A DNA stretch of 27,225 nt, taken from the NCBI GenBank assembly GCA_036336835.1, contig JAYZFK010000087.1, positions 1 to 27,225 on the forward strand, read 5' to 3'. The stretch is from Myxococcota bacterium. GTDB lineage: Bacteria > Myxococcota_A > UBA9160 > UBA4427. Shown here one piece after another: positions 15,849 through 26,507 of the stretch (within the stretch, counting starts at the first letter, position 1; every line of letters starts with the position of its first letter). A model generated the notes under the pieces. The model ran no database searches. It was given only the letters and a program-made list of their open reading frames with translations, and was not told the origin of the DNA. The position numbers and the translations under genes were made by a program.

Positions 15849-18176
15849 TCATCCGACGTCGGCGAGTGCCAGGCGATCGCCCCAGCGCAGCTCGACCGCG
15901 CGCCGCAGCCCCGGCGCCCGGGCGAGCTCCGGATCGGCCGCGACCAGCGCGAACGCCGCGTCGCGCGCCTGCGCGATCCAGCGCGCATCGCGCAGCAGGT
16001 CGGCGACCCGAAGGTCAGGCAGATGTCCGCTCTGGCGACTGCCCAGGAACTCGCCCGGCCCCCGGATCCGTAGATCGGCGTCCGCGATCGCGAAGCCGTC
16101 GACGGTGGCGAGCATCGCGCGAAGCCTCGCCTCACTGCCCTCGCCGCCGCCGCGCGCCACCAGCACGCACCGGCCCGGTCGCTCGCCGCGCCCCACCCGC
16201 CCGCGCAGCTGGTGAAGCTGGGCCAGCCCGAAGCGCTCGGCGTGCTCCACCACCATCAAGGTCGCATTGGCGACATCGACCCCGACCTCGATCACGGTGG
16301 TCGACACCAGGATGCCAGTCTCTCCCCGTGCAAAACGACGCATGGCCGCCGCGCGCTCGCCGGCGTCGAGCCGACCGTGGACCAGATCGACCCGCACGTC
16401 CGGGTATGCCCGCGCGATCCTCTGCGCGGACTCGACGGCCGAGCGCAGATCCATCTTCTCGCTCTCCTCGACGAGCGGGTAGACCACGTAGACCTGCTCG
16501 CCGCGCTCGAGTGTCTCGCGGACCCGGTCCGCCACCTGCCTGCCCTCGCTTTCGCGCGCGAGCCAGGTCTGCGTCGGGCTGCGACCCGGCGGTAGCGCAT
16601 CGATCACCGACAAGTCGAGGTCACCGTAGAGTGTCAACGCCAGGGTGCGGGGGATCGGTGTCGCTGTCATGACCAGCACATGCGGCGCCTCGACAAGGCC
16701 GCTGCGCTCGGTGAGTGCGGCGCGTTGCTGCACGCCGAAGCGGTGCTGCTCGTCGATCAGCGCGAGCGCGAGCCGCGGTAGCTCGACCCGGTCCTGGACG
16801 AGCGCATGGGTGCCGATCACCAGATCGAGCTCGCCTGCCGCTAGGCTGGCGCGGATCGCGTCCGCCTCCGCGCGGGGGACAGACGCGGACAGCAGCGCCG
16901 TCCGCGGACGTAATCCGTCGGGCAGGCCCGAAGCCAGTGCATCGATCGTGCGCAGGTGCTGCTCGGCAAGTAGCTCGGTCGGCGCCATGAAGGCGACCTG
17001 GTAGCCCGCTGTGGTCACCGCGACAGCCGCGAGATAGGCGACAGCCGTCTTGCCGCTGCCCACATCGCCCTGAAGCAAGCGCGACATCGGATGCGGACGC
17101 GCAAGATCGCGACGAATCCCGTCGAGCGCCCGGTGCTGCGCCGACGTCAGCGTGAAGGGCAGCGCATCCTGACAACCCTTGCTGCGCGCGAGATCAATGG
17201 CGATTCCGGCCAGCCGGTCGCGTCGGGCGTGACGCAGGGCGAGCCCGACCTCGAGCAGCAGCAACTCCTCGAGCACCAGGCGCCGGTGCGCGGACGACGC
17301 AAAGCCGCGGTAGTCCTCGACCCGATCGCGCGGCCCCGGCGAGTGCACGAGTCGCAGTGCCTCCGCCGGACTCGGCAGCCCGCTCTGGCCGGCCGCTCCC
17401 TCGGGCCAATGCGCTGGAACCAGATCGCTGCAGTCCGCCACCGCTGCTTCGATCCAGCGGCGCAGCGAGCGCGGCGGGATCCCGTCCGGACAAGCGTACT
17501 CGGGCACGATCCGACGCTGTGCATCGAGCCCGGCCTCGCCTGGCTCCTCCGAATCGCCTCGATCGATCAGCACGATCTCGGGATGGACGATCTCCTTGCG
17601 GAAGCGATATCGCCGCACATCCCCCGTGACCAGCAGGCGCGAGCCAACCGGAAGGGTCTCGGCCAGCCGGTCACTTGCGCGGAACCACTTGAGTACCAGC
17701 GTTCCGGTCGCATCGCCGACCTCGACCTCGAGCAGATGGCGCAGGCGCCCCCGAAAGCGCGAAGTAGTGAGCTCGCTCCTGCGAATCTCGCCAACGAAAC
17801 TCGCGTGGCGCCCGACGTCGAGCTCGCCGATCACCTCGAGCGAGCGCCGGTCGTCATAGTCCGTCGGCAGGTGGAACAGCAGATCGCCGACCCGCCCGAG
17901 CCCGCGCGCGCGCAGCTGCTCGCCCCGCTTCGGCCCGATCCCGGGCAGCGCCTCGACCGGGCGGGCGAGCGCGCGCTCGCCGAACTCGTCGGAGGCCCAG
18001 CCCGGCAACCGCTCGGCCAGCGCCGTGGCGTCGGAAGATTCCAGGAGCGTCTTCAGCTCGTGGGGCACGGCCAACGCGAGGGCCGCCTCGCGGGCGACCG
18101 TGAGCGCCGTCTCGTCCACCAGCTCGAGGGCCTGCCGGATCGCGAAGACGGCTCGCTGCCAGGGGCTCCGGGGCAT
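15849..18176 (-). CDS. recG: ATP-dependent DNA helicase RecG
   Basis: Wedge/OB region, RLLQGDVGSGKT, MAPTELLAEQH, IDEQHRFGV, MTATPIPRTL, AERFGLAQLHQLRGRVGRG and RGPGEFLG.RQSG. Confidence 0.97.
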   Translation of the reverse strand: MPRSPWQRAVFAIRQALELVDETALTVAREAALALAVPHELKTLLESSDATALAERLPGWASDEFGERALARPVEALPGIGPKRGEQLRARGLGRVGDLLFHLPTDYDDRRSLEVIGELDVGRHASFVGEIRRSELTTSRFRGRLRHLLEVEVGDATGTLVLKWFRASDRLAETLPVGSRLLVTGDVRRYRFRKEIVHPEIVLIDRGDSEEPGEAGLDAQRRIVPEYACPDGIPPRSLRRWIEAAVADCSDLVPAHWPEGAAGQSGLPSPAEALRLVHSPGPRDRVEDYRGFASSAHRRLVLEELLLLEVGLALRHARRDRLAGIAIDLARSKGCQDALPFTLTSAQHRALDGIRRDLARPHPMSRLLQGDVGSGKTAVAYLAAVAVTTAGYQVAFMAPTELLAEQHLRTIDALASGLPDGLRPRTALLSASVPRAEADAIRASLAAGELDLVIGTHALVQDRVELPRLALALIDEQHRFGVQQRAALTERSGLVEAPHVLVMTATPIPRTLALTLYGDLDLSVIDALPPGRSPTQTWLARESEGRQVADRVRETLERGEQVYVVYPLVEESEKMDLRSAVESAQRIARAYPDVRVDLVHGRLDAGERAAAMRRFARGETGILVSTTVIEVGVDVANATLMVVEHAERFGLAQLHQLRGRVGRGERPGRCVLVARGGGEGSEARLRAMLATVDGFAIADADLRIRGPGEFLGSRQSGHLPDLRVADLLRDARWIAQARDAAFALVAADPELARAPGLRRAVELRWGDRLALADVG

Positions 18177-18231
18177 GTCTCGACTCTAGCCGGGGTGGCG
18201 GCGGGACGGCTGCGAACTCGCGACGGCCGCT

Positions 18232-21200
18232 TCAGGGACCGCGCTGGATCCGCGCGTGGATCTCCTGCAGAGATCGCACGCCAATCGACCCACTGCGCAG
18301 CTCGACGATCGCGGCCGCCGAGGCGCGCGCGGCGGCCAGTGTCGTGCAGTAGGGAATTCCGCGCTGTAGCGCCGCGCGCCGCATCGCGAAAGAGTCCGCC
18401 ACCGCCTTGCGATCGGCATCGACCGTACCGAACACCAGATCGACCTCACCCGCATCGATCAGATCCACCGTGTGCGGCGAACCCTCGTGAACCTTGTTCA
18501 CCGTGCGCACCTCGATCCCGTGCTCCGCCAGCACCGCGGCGGTGCCTCGGGTCGCGATCACCTCGAAGCCGCTGGCGGCGAGCATGCGAATCGGCTCCAC
18601 AGCCCCGCGGTGCTCGGCAGTCCGCATCGACACCAGCACGCTGCCGTGCGTGGGAAGGCCGTTGCCCGCCTCGATCTGGCTCTTCGCGTACGCCCGTCCG
18701 AAGTCGGAATCGATGCCCATCACCTCGCCCGTGCTCTTCATCTCCGGACCGAGCAGGGTGTCGACGCCCGGAAATTTCACGAACGGGAGCACGGCCTCCT
18801 TCACGGAGAAGTGCGGTGGCTCGAGCTCCGCTCGGAAACCGAGATCGTCGAGCTTCCGGCCGACCATCACGAGCGCCCCGATCTTCGCCAGCGGTTCGCC
18901 GATCGCCTTCGAGACGAAGGGCACCGTGCGCGAGGCGCGAGGGTTCACCTCGATGACATACACCTCGCCACCCTTGACCGCGTACTGCACGTTCATTAGC
19001 CCGCGCACGCCGATCTCCAGCGCAAGCTTGTGGGTCGCTGCGACGATCTTCCGGATCACCTCCTGCGAGAGCGAGTACGGGGGCAGTGAGCAGGCGCTGT
19101 CGCCGGAGTGCACACCAGCCTCCTCGATGTGCTCCATGATCCCGCCGACGACCACACGCTCGCCGTCACAGATGGCGTCGACGTCCACCTCGATCGCGTC
19201 AGCCAGGAACCGGTCGATCAACACCGGGTGCTCCGGTGACGCCCGCACAGCGAAGCGCATGTAGTCGCTGAGTTCGCCCGCGTCGCGCACGATCTGCATG
19301 GCACGCCCACCGAGCACGTAGGACGGACGCACGATCACCGGATAACCGATCTCATCCGCGACCCGGTGCGCCTGCTCGGGGCTGTGCGCGACATCGCCCG
19401 GCGGCCGCTCGAGGCCGATCTTCTCCAGCAGCGCGTCGAAGCGTTCCCGGTCCTCGGCGCGGTCGATCGCATCGGGCGGTGTGCCGATGATCGGCGCCCC
19501 CTCTCTCTCGAGCGGAACCGCCAGCTTGAGCGGCGTCTGGCCACCGTACTGCACGATGATGCCGTCGGGCTGCTCGACCGCGACGATCTCGAGCACATCT
19601 TCGAGCGTCAGAGGCTCGAAGTAGAGGCGATCCGCGGTGTCGTAGTCGGTCGAGACGGTCTCGGGATTGCAGTTGACCATGATCGTCTCGTAGCCGGCTT
19701 CGCGCAGGGCGAGCACAGCGTGGACGCAGCAGTAGTCGAACTCGATGCCCTGTCCAATCCGATTCGGTCCGCCGCCGAGGATCATGATCTTCTTGCGATC
19801 GCTCGGTCGCGCTTCGCACTCCTGCTCGTAGGTCGAGTACAGGTAGGGCGTCTGCGCCTCGAACTCTGCGGCGCAGGTGTCGACTCGCTTGTAGACCGGT
19901 GCGACCCCGCCCTTCCGGCGCATTGCGCGCACTTCTCCTTCCGCCATGCCCCACAGCGCCGCCAACCGCGCGTCCGAGAAGCCCATCTGCTTGGCCGGCC
20001 GCAGCCAAGCCTCGCGGTCCGGCTTGGCCGCAGCGCTCAGAGATGTCTCCATTCGGACGATCTCCGCCAGGTTGCGCAGGAACCAGGGGTCGATCTTCGA
20101 GCGCTCGTGCAGCTCCCGGGTCGTCGCACCGCGTCGCAACGCTTCCGCCATAGCCCACAGCCGACCCGGACACGGCACGTCGATGTTCTGCCACAGGTCG
20201 GCATCCGACTCGATGTCCGGCCGCTCGAGCCCTGCGTGGCCGATCTCCAGCGAACGCAGCGCCTTCTGCAGGCTCTCCTTGAAGGTTCGCCCGATTGCCA
20301 TCACCTCGCCGACCGACTTCATCTGGGTCGTGAGCACGGAATCGGCGCCCGGAAACTTCTCGAACGCGAAGCGCGGCACCTTGGTCACGACGTAATCGAT
20401 GGCGGGCTCGAAGCTCGCGGGTGTCTCACGCGTAATGTCGTTGGTGATCTCGTCGAGCGTATAGCCGACCGCCAGCTTGGCGGCGATCTTGGCGATCGGA
20501 AATCCCGTCGCCTTCGAAGCCAGTGCTGACGAGCGCGAGACGCGCGGATTCATCTCGATCACGACCAGGCTGCCGTCGGCGGGATCGACGCCGAACTGCA
20601 CGTTCGAGCCGCCCGTATCGACGCCGATCTCGCGCATGATGGCGATGGAGGCGTCGCGCATCTCCTGGTACTCGCGATCGGTCAGGGTCTGTGCGGGGGC
20701 CACAGTGATCGAATCGCCCGTATGGACACCCATCGGGTCGAGGTTTTCGATCGAGCAGACGACGACCACGTTGTCAGCGGAGTCGCGCATCACCTCGAGC
20801 TCGTATTCCTTCCAGCCGAGCACGCTCTGCTCGATCAAGCACTCGTGGCGCGGGGACTGCGCGAGCGCCCACTCGACGAGCGGATCCAGCTCGTCGATGC
20901 TCATCGCGACACTGCCGCCGGCGCCGCCGAGCGTGAAGCTCGGGCGAATGATCGCCGGGATGCCCGTCGACTTGACGATCTCTCTCGCATCCTCGACCGA
21001 GCGCGCGTAGCCCGAGCGAGGTACGCGCAGGCCGATCCGCTCCATTGCCTCGCGAAACTGCTGGCGGTCCTCGGCCTTGAGGATCGAGTCGAGCTGGGCG
21101 CCGATCAGCTTCACCCCAGAGCGCTCGAGCACGCCGGCTTCGCACAGATCGATCGTCAGATTCAGCGCCGTCTGACCGCCGATCGTGGGCAGCAGCGCAT

Positions 21201-21450
21201 CGGGCTGCTCGACCTCGATGATGCGCTCCACCGTGCCGACGGTCATCGGCTCGACGTAGGTGCGATCCGCCGTCTCCGGGTCGGTCATGATCGTCGCGGG
21301 GTTGCTGTTGAGCAGAACGATGCGATAGCCCTCCTCGCGCAATGCCTTGCAGGCCTGGGTGCCCGAATAGTCGAACTCACAGGCTTGGCCAATCACGATC
21401 GGCCCGGAGCCGATCACGAAGATGGTGTGGATATCGTCGCGCCGCGGCAC
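18232..21450 (-). CDS. carB: Carbamoyl-phosphate synthase large subunit
   Basis: [17 protein letters not shown], duplicated ATP-grasp domains ([10 protein letters not shown] and EVNPRASRT) and a C-terminal MGS domain; 1072 aa. Confidence 0.99.
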   Translation of the reverse strand: MPRRDDIHTIFVIGSGPIVIGQACEFDYSGTQACKALREEGYRIVLLNSNPATIMTDPETADRTYVEPMTVGTVERIIEVEQPDALLPTIGGQTALNLTIDLCEAGVLERSGVKLIGAQLDSILKAEDRQQFREAMERIGLRVPRSGYARSVEDAREIVKSTGIPAIIRPSFTLGGAGGSVAMSIDELDPLVEWALAQSPRHECLIEQSVLGWKEYELEVMRDSADNVVVVCSIENLDPMGVHTGDSITVAPAQTLTDREYQEMRDASIAIMREIGVDTGGSNVQFGVDPADGSLVVIEMNPRVSRSSALASKATGFPIAKIAAKLAVGYTLDEITNDITRETPASFEPAIDYVVTKVPRFAFEKFPGADSVLTTQMKSVGEVMAIGRTFKESLQKALRSLEIGHAGLERPDIESDADLWQNIDVPCPGRLWAMAEALRRGATTRELHERSKIDPWFLRNLAEIVRMETSLSAAAKPDREAWLRPAKQMGFSDARLAALWGMAEGEVRAMRRKGGVAPVYKRVDTCAAEFEAQTPYLYSTYEQECEARPSDRKKIMILGGGPNRIGQGIEFDYCCVHAVLALREAGYETIMVNCNPETVSTDYDTADRLYFEPLTLEDVLEIVAVEQPDGIIVQYGGQTPLKLAVPLEREGAPIIGTPPDAIDRAEDRERFDALLEKIGLERPPGDVAHSPEQAHRVADEIGYPVIVRPSYVLGGRAMQIVRDAGELSDYMRFAVRASPEHPVLIDRFLADAIEVDVDAICDGERVVVGGIMEHIEEAGVHSGDSACSLPPYSLSQEVIRKIVAATHKLALEIGVRGLMNVQYAVKGGEVYVIEVNPRASRTVPFVSKAIGEPLAKIGALVMVGRKLDDLGFRAELEPPHFSVKEAVLPFVKFPGVDTLLGPEMKSTGEVMGIDSDFGRAYAKSQIEAGNGLPTHGSVLVSMRTAEHRGAVEPIRMLAASGFEVIATRGTAAVLAEHGIEVRTVNKVHEGSPHTVDLIDAGEVDLVFGTVDADRKAVADSFAMRRAALQRGIPYCTTLAAARASAAAIVELRSGSIGVRSLQEIHARIQRGP

Positions 21451-21452
21451 AC

Positions 21453-22697
21453 CTAGCTCCCCTCTGTGACGGGCGGGGTCCAGCCGCGGGCGATTTCGGC
21501 ACCGGTCACGAGTTCGCCGTCCGCCACGCGCTCGGCCATCTGCCGGAATCGGGCGAAGAAGTACGCCGCATCGTGCGGCCCGGGCGAGGCCTCGGGATGG
21601 TACTGCACAGAGAAGACGGGCCTCTCGCGGTGCGCGAGCCCCTCCACGGTCCCGTCGTTGAGGTTCTTGTGCGTCACCTCGACGGACTCGCCGACGCTGT
21701 CGAGCGACTCGGCGTCGACTGCGTAGCCGTGGTTCTCGGCACAGATCGCAACCTTTCCCGTCGCCAGATCCTGGCCGGGCTGGTTGCCCCCGTGGTGGCC
21801 GAACTTCAGCTTGCGCGTGCGCCCGCCGAGCGCGAGCCCCAGGATCTGGTGCCCGAGGCAGATGCCGAACAGCGGCTTGCGGTGCGAGAGCTCGCGCACG
21901 TTCTCGCGCACGCCCTCGACTGCCGCCGGATCGCCCGGGCCGTTCGACAAGAAGATCGCGTCGGGCTCGAGCGCCAGCGCATCGGCGGCCGACGTCGTTG
22001 CGGGAACGACCACGATCTCGAAGCCGTGCTCCACCAACAGACGCAGGATGTTGCGCTTCACCCCGAAGTCGTAGGCGACCAGGCGCAGGGTGCGATCGGG
22101 GCGGCGGGGCCTCGGCGGCTGTCCCAGGATCCCCTCCCAGCGTCCCTCCGTCCAGGAGTACGGCTCTTCACAGCTGACCGCGGCCACCAGGTCGCGCCCG
22201 TCGAGCTCGGGGGCGCGCCGGGCCCGACGCACCAGCTCGGCCTCGTCCTGCAGCGCGCGGTCGGTCGAGAGCACGGCGACTTGAGCGCCACCGTCTCGGA
22301 TGCGTCTCACCAGAGCGCGCGTGTCGAGGCCTGCGATGCCGGGCACGCCGTGCTCGGCGAGGTAGGCGGACAGCGAGCCGCGCGCGCGATAGTTGCTCGG
22401 CTCGTCGAACAGCTCCTTCACCACGAAGCCTCGGAGAAAGGGCCGGTGCGACTCCTCGTCCGCAGGGTTGACGCCCACGTTGCCGATCTGGGTGTAGGTC
22501 ATCGTCACGATCTGCCCCGCATAGGACGGATCGGTGATGATCTCCTGATAGCCGGTCATGCTCGTGTTGAACACCACCTCGCCGTCGAGGGCAGTCTCGG
22601 CACCGAAAGCGGTCCCGCGGTAGATCGTGCCGTCGGCGAGCGCCAGGCGCGCAGAACGCGGCGCAGCCGCGGCAGTCTGAGGCGCGCTCGCCGTCAA
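21453..22697 (-). CDS. carA: Carbamoyl-phosphate synthase small (glutaminase) subunit
   Basis: [29 protein letters not shown] and [12 protein letters not shown]. The TTG start overlaps the pyrC stop. Confidence 0.97.
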   Translation of the reverse strand: MTASAPQTAAAAPRSARLALADGTIYRGTAFGAETALDGEVVFNTSMTGYQEIITDPSYAGQIVTMTYTQIGNVGVNPADEESHRPFLRGFVVKELFDEPSNYRARGSLSAYLAEHGVPGIAGLDTRALVRRIRDGGAQVAVLSTDRALQDEAELVRRARRAPELDGRDLVAAVSCEEPYSWTEGRWEGILGQPPRPRRPDRTLRLVAYDFGVKRNILRLLVEHGFEIVVVPATTSAADALALEPDAIFLSNGPGDPAAVEGVRENVRELSHRKPLFGICLGHQILGLALGGRTRKLKFGHHGGNQPGQDLATGKVAICAENHGYAVDAESLDSVGESVEVTHKNLNDGTVEGLAHRERPVFSVQYHPEASPGPHDAAYFFARFRQMAERVADGELVTGAEIARGWTPPVTEGS

Positions 22698-23989
22698 TCG
22701 ACCAGTACTCCGCGGTCAGCGTGATAGACGAGCTGGCCGGCGACCAGCGTCGCCTCGACGCGGCCGCAGAAGGTCGTTCCGGCCCACGGTGAGTTGCGGC
22801 TCTTGGAGTAGCCCTTGGCCGGATCGTACGTCCACTGCCGGTCCGGCGAGAGCACGACCACATCCCCATCCGCTCCTTCCCGCAATTCGCCCGCCGCGAT
22901 GCCGAGCAGCCGCGCAGGTGCCGTCGACATCCGACGCACCAGCTCGAGCGGCGTGAGCACCGCGTCGCGAACCAGCTCGAGACAGACCGAAAAGGCGGTC
23001 TCGAGTCCCAGGATGCCGGGCGGTGCGTGCTGGAAGTCCTGCTCCTTCTCGTGCACCGCGTGTGGCGCGTGGTCCGTGGCAATGGCGTCGATCACGCCCT
23101 CGGCCAGGGCGGCCCGGCAGGCTTCGACGTCGGCCGGTGAGCGCAGCGGGGGCGCCATCTTGGTGTTGGTGTCGAAGCCGAGCACCGCCTTGTCGGTCAG
23201 CGTCAGGTGATGCGGCGTCACCTCGGCGGTGACCTGAACGCCCGCCTCGCGCGCTGCCCGCACCCGCGCGCATGCCCCCGCCGACGAGATGTGCGCGATG
23301 TGCAGCCGCGCCCCGGTGAGCCGGGCGAGCTCGAGGTCGCGCGCAACCAGCACGTCCTCCGCCACCGTCGGATTGCCAGGGAGCCCGAGTCGAGTCGAGA
23401 TGGGCCCCTCGTTGACGACGCCCGTGCCCACCAGGGTGCAGTCCTCGGCGTGCACGATCACCGGCAGGCCCGCGAGCCGCGAGTACTCGAGCACGCGCCG
23501 CATCACGCCCCCGTCGGCGATCGTCTTGCCATCGTCGCTGAAGGCAACCGCACCGGCGTCGCGCAGCGCCACCATCTCCGTCATCTCCCGGCCCTCGAGC
23601 CCGTGCGTCGCCGCCGCGATCGGGTAGATGCGAGTCGGCGACTCGTGACGCCCGCGATCCAGGATGAACTCGGTCACCGAGGGGTCATCGTTCACCGGCT
23701 CGGTGTTCGCCATGCAGGCGACCGAGCTGAAACCACCCGCCACCGCCGCACGACCGCCGGAGGCGAGGTCCTCCTTGTACTCCTGCCCGGGCTCGCGCAG
23801 GTGGGCATGCATGTCCACCAGGCCCGGCGCGACCCAGCAGCCGGTCGCATCCACCACCGCGGCGCCCCGCGTCGCGAGATCGCTGCCAATCGCGGCGACC
23901 ACGCCGTCCTCGAGCAACACGTCCGCGGGCTCGTCGCGCTCGCTGGAAGGATCGAGCAGCCGGCCTCCACGGATCCAGACTCGCGCCAT
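22694..23989 (-). CDS. pyrC: Dihydroorotase (type I, long form), 431 aa
   Basis: [48 protein letters not shown] and [11 protein letters not shown] 23989 lies just after the pyrB stop. Confidence 0.96.
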   Translation of the reverse strand: MARVWIRGGRLLDPSSERDEPADVLLEDGVVAAIGSDLATRGAAVVDATGCWVAPGLVDMHAHLREPGQEYKEDLASGGRAAVAGGFSSVACMANTEPVNDDPSVTEFILDRGRHESPTRIYPIAAATHGLEGREMTEMVALRDAGAVAFSDDGKTIADGGVMRRVLEYSRLAGLPVIVHAEDCTLVGTGVVNEGPISTRLGLPGNPTVAEDVLVARDLELARLTGARLHIAHISSAGACARVRAAREAGVQVTAEVTPHHLTLTDKAVLGFDTNTKMAPPLRSPADVEACRAALAEGVIDAIATDHAPHAVHEKEQDFQHAPPGILGLETAFSVCLELVRDAVLTPLELVRRMSTAPARLLGIAAGELREGADGDVVVLSPDRQWTYDPAKGYSKSRNSPWAGTTFCGRVEATLVAGQLVYHADRGVLVD

Positions 23990-23991
23990 GC

Positions 23992-24924
23992 TCAGACCGC
24001 CCCCCTGGCGTGCGCGGACCCGGCAATCCGATACAACACCGCCATGCGCAGCGCGACGCCGTTGCGAACCTGATCGAGGATCACGCTGGGGCTGTGATCG
24101 ACGAGGTCGTGCGACAACTCGACACCGCGGTTGACCGGGCCGGGGTGCATCACGATCGCGTCGTCCTTCGCGTGCCGCAGCTTGGCGCGGTCGAGCCCGA
24201 AGGTCGCGGAGTACTCGCGGATGCTCGGAAACAGCACGCCGTCGAGGCGCTCGCGCTGGATCCGCAGCATCATCACCACGTCCACCCCGTCGAGCGCCTC
24301 GCGAAGCGAGGTGCATGGCTTCACGCCGAGCTCCTCGATGTGCGGCGGCATCATGGTCGGCGGACCGGTGACGCGCACCTCGGCGCCCATCTTGGTGAAG
24401 CCGTAGATGTTGCTGCGAGCCACGCGCGAGTGCGTGATGTCACCGACGATCGCCACGCTGAGCCCGTCGAACCGCTCCTTCTCCTGGTACACAGTGAGCA
24501 TGTCGAGCAACGCCTGCGTCGGATGTTCGTGTGCGCCGTCTCCCGCGTTCACGACGGGCGCATTCAAGACGTCCGCGATCCGCTTCGGAACGCCTGCCAC
24601 CGGGTGCCGGACGACGACGCAATCCGGGTCCATCGCGTCCAGTGTCTGCGCGGTGTCGAGGATGCTCTCCGCCTTCGTGAGGCTCGATCCCACAGACGAG
24701 AAGTTGACGACGTCGGCCGACAGCCGCTTGGCCGCAATCTCGAAGCTCGATGCCGTACGCGTCGAGGGCTCGAAGAACAGGTTGACGACCGTCTGCCCGC
24801 GAAGCGTCGGCACCTTCTTGACCTCGCGGGTGGCGATCTCCTGCATGCGCTCGGCCGTGTCGAGGATCTGCTCGATCTCGCGGCGCTCGAGGTCCTCGAT
24901 GCCGAGCAGGTCGCGTCCGATCAT
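23992..24924 (-). CDS. pyrB: Aspartate carbamoyltransferase catalytic subunit
   Basis: FFEPSTRT, NAGDGAHEHPTQALLD, GDITHSRVARS, LRIQRER and MHPGPVNRGVE. Confidence 0.98.
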   Translation of the reverse strand: MIGRDLLGIEDLERREIEQILDTAERMQEIATREVKKVPTLRGQTVVNLFFEPSTRTASSFEIAAKRLSADVVNFSSVGSSLTKAESILDTAQTLDAMDPDCVVVRHPVAGVPKRIADVLNAPVVNAGDGAHEHPTQALLDMLTVYQEKERFDGLSVAIVGDITHSRVARSNIYGFTKMGAEVRVTGPPTMMPPHIEELGVKPCTSLREALDGVDVVMMLRIQRERLDGVLFPSIREYSATFGLDRAKLRHAKDDAIVMHPGPVNRGVELSHDLVDHSPSVILDQVRNGVALRMAVLYRIAGSAHARGAV

Positions 24925-25547
24925 GGCGTACCTCCCTCCGAATACCCCCGATCATCGGCAAGCCCCTCGAGCATCACCAGCATTGGTGCCTCCCCGGACT
25001 CCTCGGCAATCAGGCGAACGCGGTCGCTCGGCTGAGTCGGAATGTTCTTGCCGATGTAGTCGATCTTGATCGGCAGCTCGCGGTGGCCGCGATCGATCAG
25101 CGCCACGAGCTGCACCATGCGCGGGCGGCCGAAATCCATCAGTGCGTCCATCGCCGCGCGGATCGTGCGGCCCGTGTTCACCACGTCCTCGACCAGCACC
25201 ACGACACTGCCATCGACGGACGACGGCATCTCGGTCTGGCGCAGCGGCGGGCGCTCTCCGCTGGTCGTCAGGTCGTCGCGGTAGAGCGTCGTGTCGAGGA
25301 TGCCGAGCGGCGGTGTCTCGCCGGCGATGTCCTCGAGGTTCGCGATCAGCGTGCGAGCGAGTGGTACGCCACCGTTGGGAATCGCGACCAGATAGAGCTG
25401 CCTGGCATCGTCGTTGCGTTCGAGGATCTCGTGCGCGATCCGCATCAGCGCACGGCGAACCCCGACATCGTCGAGAACGACGGCCCCCGGAGGTGAAACC
25501 TTCGGCGCGCTTGCGCGCGCGGGTTCGTTGGAGGGATCGTGGGCCAG
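24921..25547 (-). CDS. pyrR: Bifunctional pyrimidine regulator PyrR/uracil phosphoribosyltransferase; probable CTG start at 25547
   Basis: RIAHEILERN, LDTTLYRDDL, the PRPP loop VEDVVNTGRT and DRGHRELPI. The conserved helix AVVLDDVGVRRAL lies upstream of the first ATG (25445). The only start-like codon after the in-frame TGA that has an SD is CTG 25547, behind AAGGTG. Confidence 0.9.
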   Translation of the reverse strand: MAHDPSNEPARASAPKVSPPGAVVLDDVGVRRALMRIAHEILERNDDARQLYLVAIPNGGVPLARTLIANLEDIAGETPPLGILDTTLYRDDLTTSGERPPLRQTEMPSSVDGSVVVLVEDVVNTGRTIRAAMDALMDFGRPRMVQLVALIDRGHRELPIKIDYIGKNIPTQPSDRVRLIAEESGEAPMLVMLEGLADDRGYSEGGTP

Positions 25548-25552
25548 AGCGC

Positions 25553-25587
25553 ACCTTTGTCCGCCTCACGGGACGGAGTTAAAAGGT
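25553..25587 (-). ncRNA. PyrR-binding RNA hairpin (binding loop)
   Basis: ACCUUUUAAC-UCCGUC-CCGUGA-GGCGGA-C-AAAGGU has the UUUAA bulge and the GUCCnGnGAGGC top of the Bacillus binding-loop consensus. It lies directly upstream of pyrR. Confidence 0.88.
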
Positions 25588-25608
25588 CCGTTTCGTTCTC
25601 GCCGCCGG

Positions 25609-25636
25609 AGTCTACCGGGTACCGGCACGGCGTCAA
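25609..25636 (-). promoter_or_regulatory. sigma70-type promoter of the pyr operon (TTGACG-N16-TAGACT)
   Basis: -35 at 25636-25631 and -10 at 25614-25609, about 20 nt upstream of the PyrR hairpin. Confidence 0.65.
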
Positions 25637-25649
25637 CGCCGCGCCGAGA

Positions 25650-26507
25650 TCAGACGCGGTCTGGCTGCGCTCGCTCGAGAGCGGAGCGGGCCCGGCCTGC
25701 CACGTCGGGCGCTTCCAGGTCGCCGCAGCGAACACGCTGGAGGAGCCGGTTCCAACGCTTCTCGATCGAGAACCAGTTCACTGGGTTGAAGAAGGACAGG
25801 AAGTTGCCGTTGTGATCCCACGACCAGTACAGCACGAAGGCCGGCCCCTTGAAATCGTCCAAGTGGACGCTGCCCCACCTGCGACTGTCGTTCGAGTTGT
25901 CGCGGTTGTCACCCATCATGAAGTAACGATCCGCCGGCAGCGTAAAGGGCGGCATCGTCTGGCCGGGCCGGCTCGGGTCGTCGAGCACGAGGTGCTGACA
26001 GTCGCCAAGCGACTCGACAGCGACATCGAGCTGGCGGCCGATCTCGTCGCGGAACGTGCCTTCCTGCTGCTCGTGCTCGAGCGCCCTGCCGTCCACGTAC
26101 ACCGTCCCGCCGCTGCGTACCTCGATCCGCTCGCCAGGCATGCCGACGATCCGCTTGACGAAGTCGTCTTGCGGCAGCTCGGGCCGCTCGTCCGCGGGAT
26201 AGATCCCGCCGTGCGCATCCCGCGCGACGCGAAACACCACCACGTCCCCGCGCTCGGGTTCGCGCCACCCCGGTAGTCGCACGCTCGTGTAGGGAACCTG
26301 CGCCCCGTAGAGGAATTTGTTGACGAACAGATGATCACCGATCAGCAGCGTCGGCAGCATCGAACCCGACGGGATCCGGAACGGTTCGATCACGAAAGCG
26401 CGGATCGCCAGTGCGATCAGGACCGCGAGCCCGAGGGTGCTCACCTGCTCCCATATCTTCTCTCCCAGGGTGGGCTCGGACGGCGTATCCACGCTCGGAT
26501 CGCTCAA
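25650..26507 (-). CDS. lepB: Signal peptidase I
   Basis: A TM segment followed by [10 protein letters not shown] (catalytic Ser), FVKRIVG (catalytic Lys) and [16 protein letters not shown] 26507 overlaps the lepA stop, giving the lepA-lepB order. Confidence 0.95.
   Translation of the reverse strand: MSDPSVDTPSEPTLGEKIWEQVSTLGLAVLIALAIRAFVIEPFRIPSGSMLPTLLIGDHLFVNKFLYGAQVPYTSVRLPGWREPERGDVVVFRVARDAHGGIYPADERPELPQDDFVKRIVGMPGERIEVRSGGTVYVDGRALEHEQQEGTFRDEIGRQLDVAVESLGDCQHLVLDDPSRPGQTMPPFTLPADRYFMMGDNRDNSNDSRRWGSVHLDDFKGPAFVLYWSWDHNGNFLSFFNPVNWFSIEKRWNRLLQRVRCGDLEAPDVAGRARSALERAQPDRV

Noticed and set aside
21725..21790. carA motif variants (NQPGQD, CAENHG)
   Set aside because: The catalytic Cys and His-x-Glu are intact. 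These are probably ordinary divergence or single-base noise.
22694..24316. 540-aa pyrC, and the extended starts given for the LolA-like gene (1486), ThDP enzyme (11161), permease (11597) and lepB (26645)
   Set aside because: The extensions overlap neighbouring genes and lack family similarity. Downstream starts with an SD, coupling or the family N-terminus fit better.
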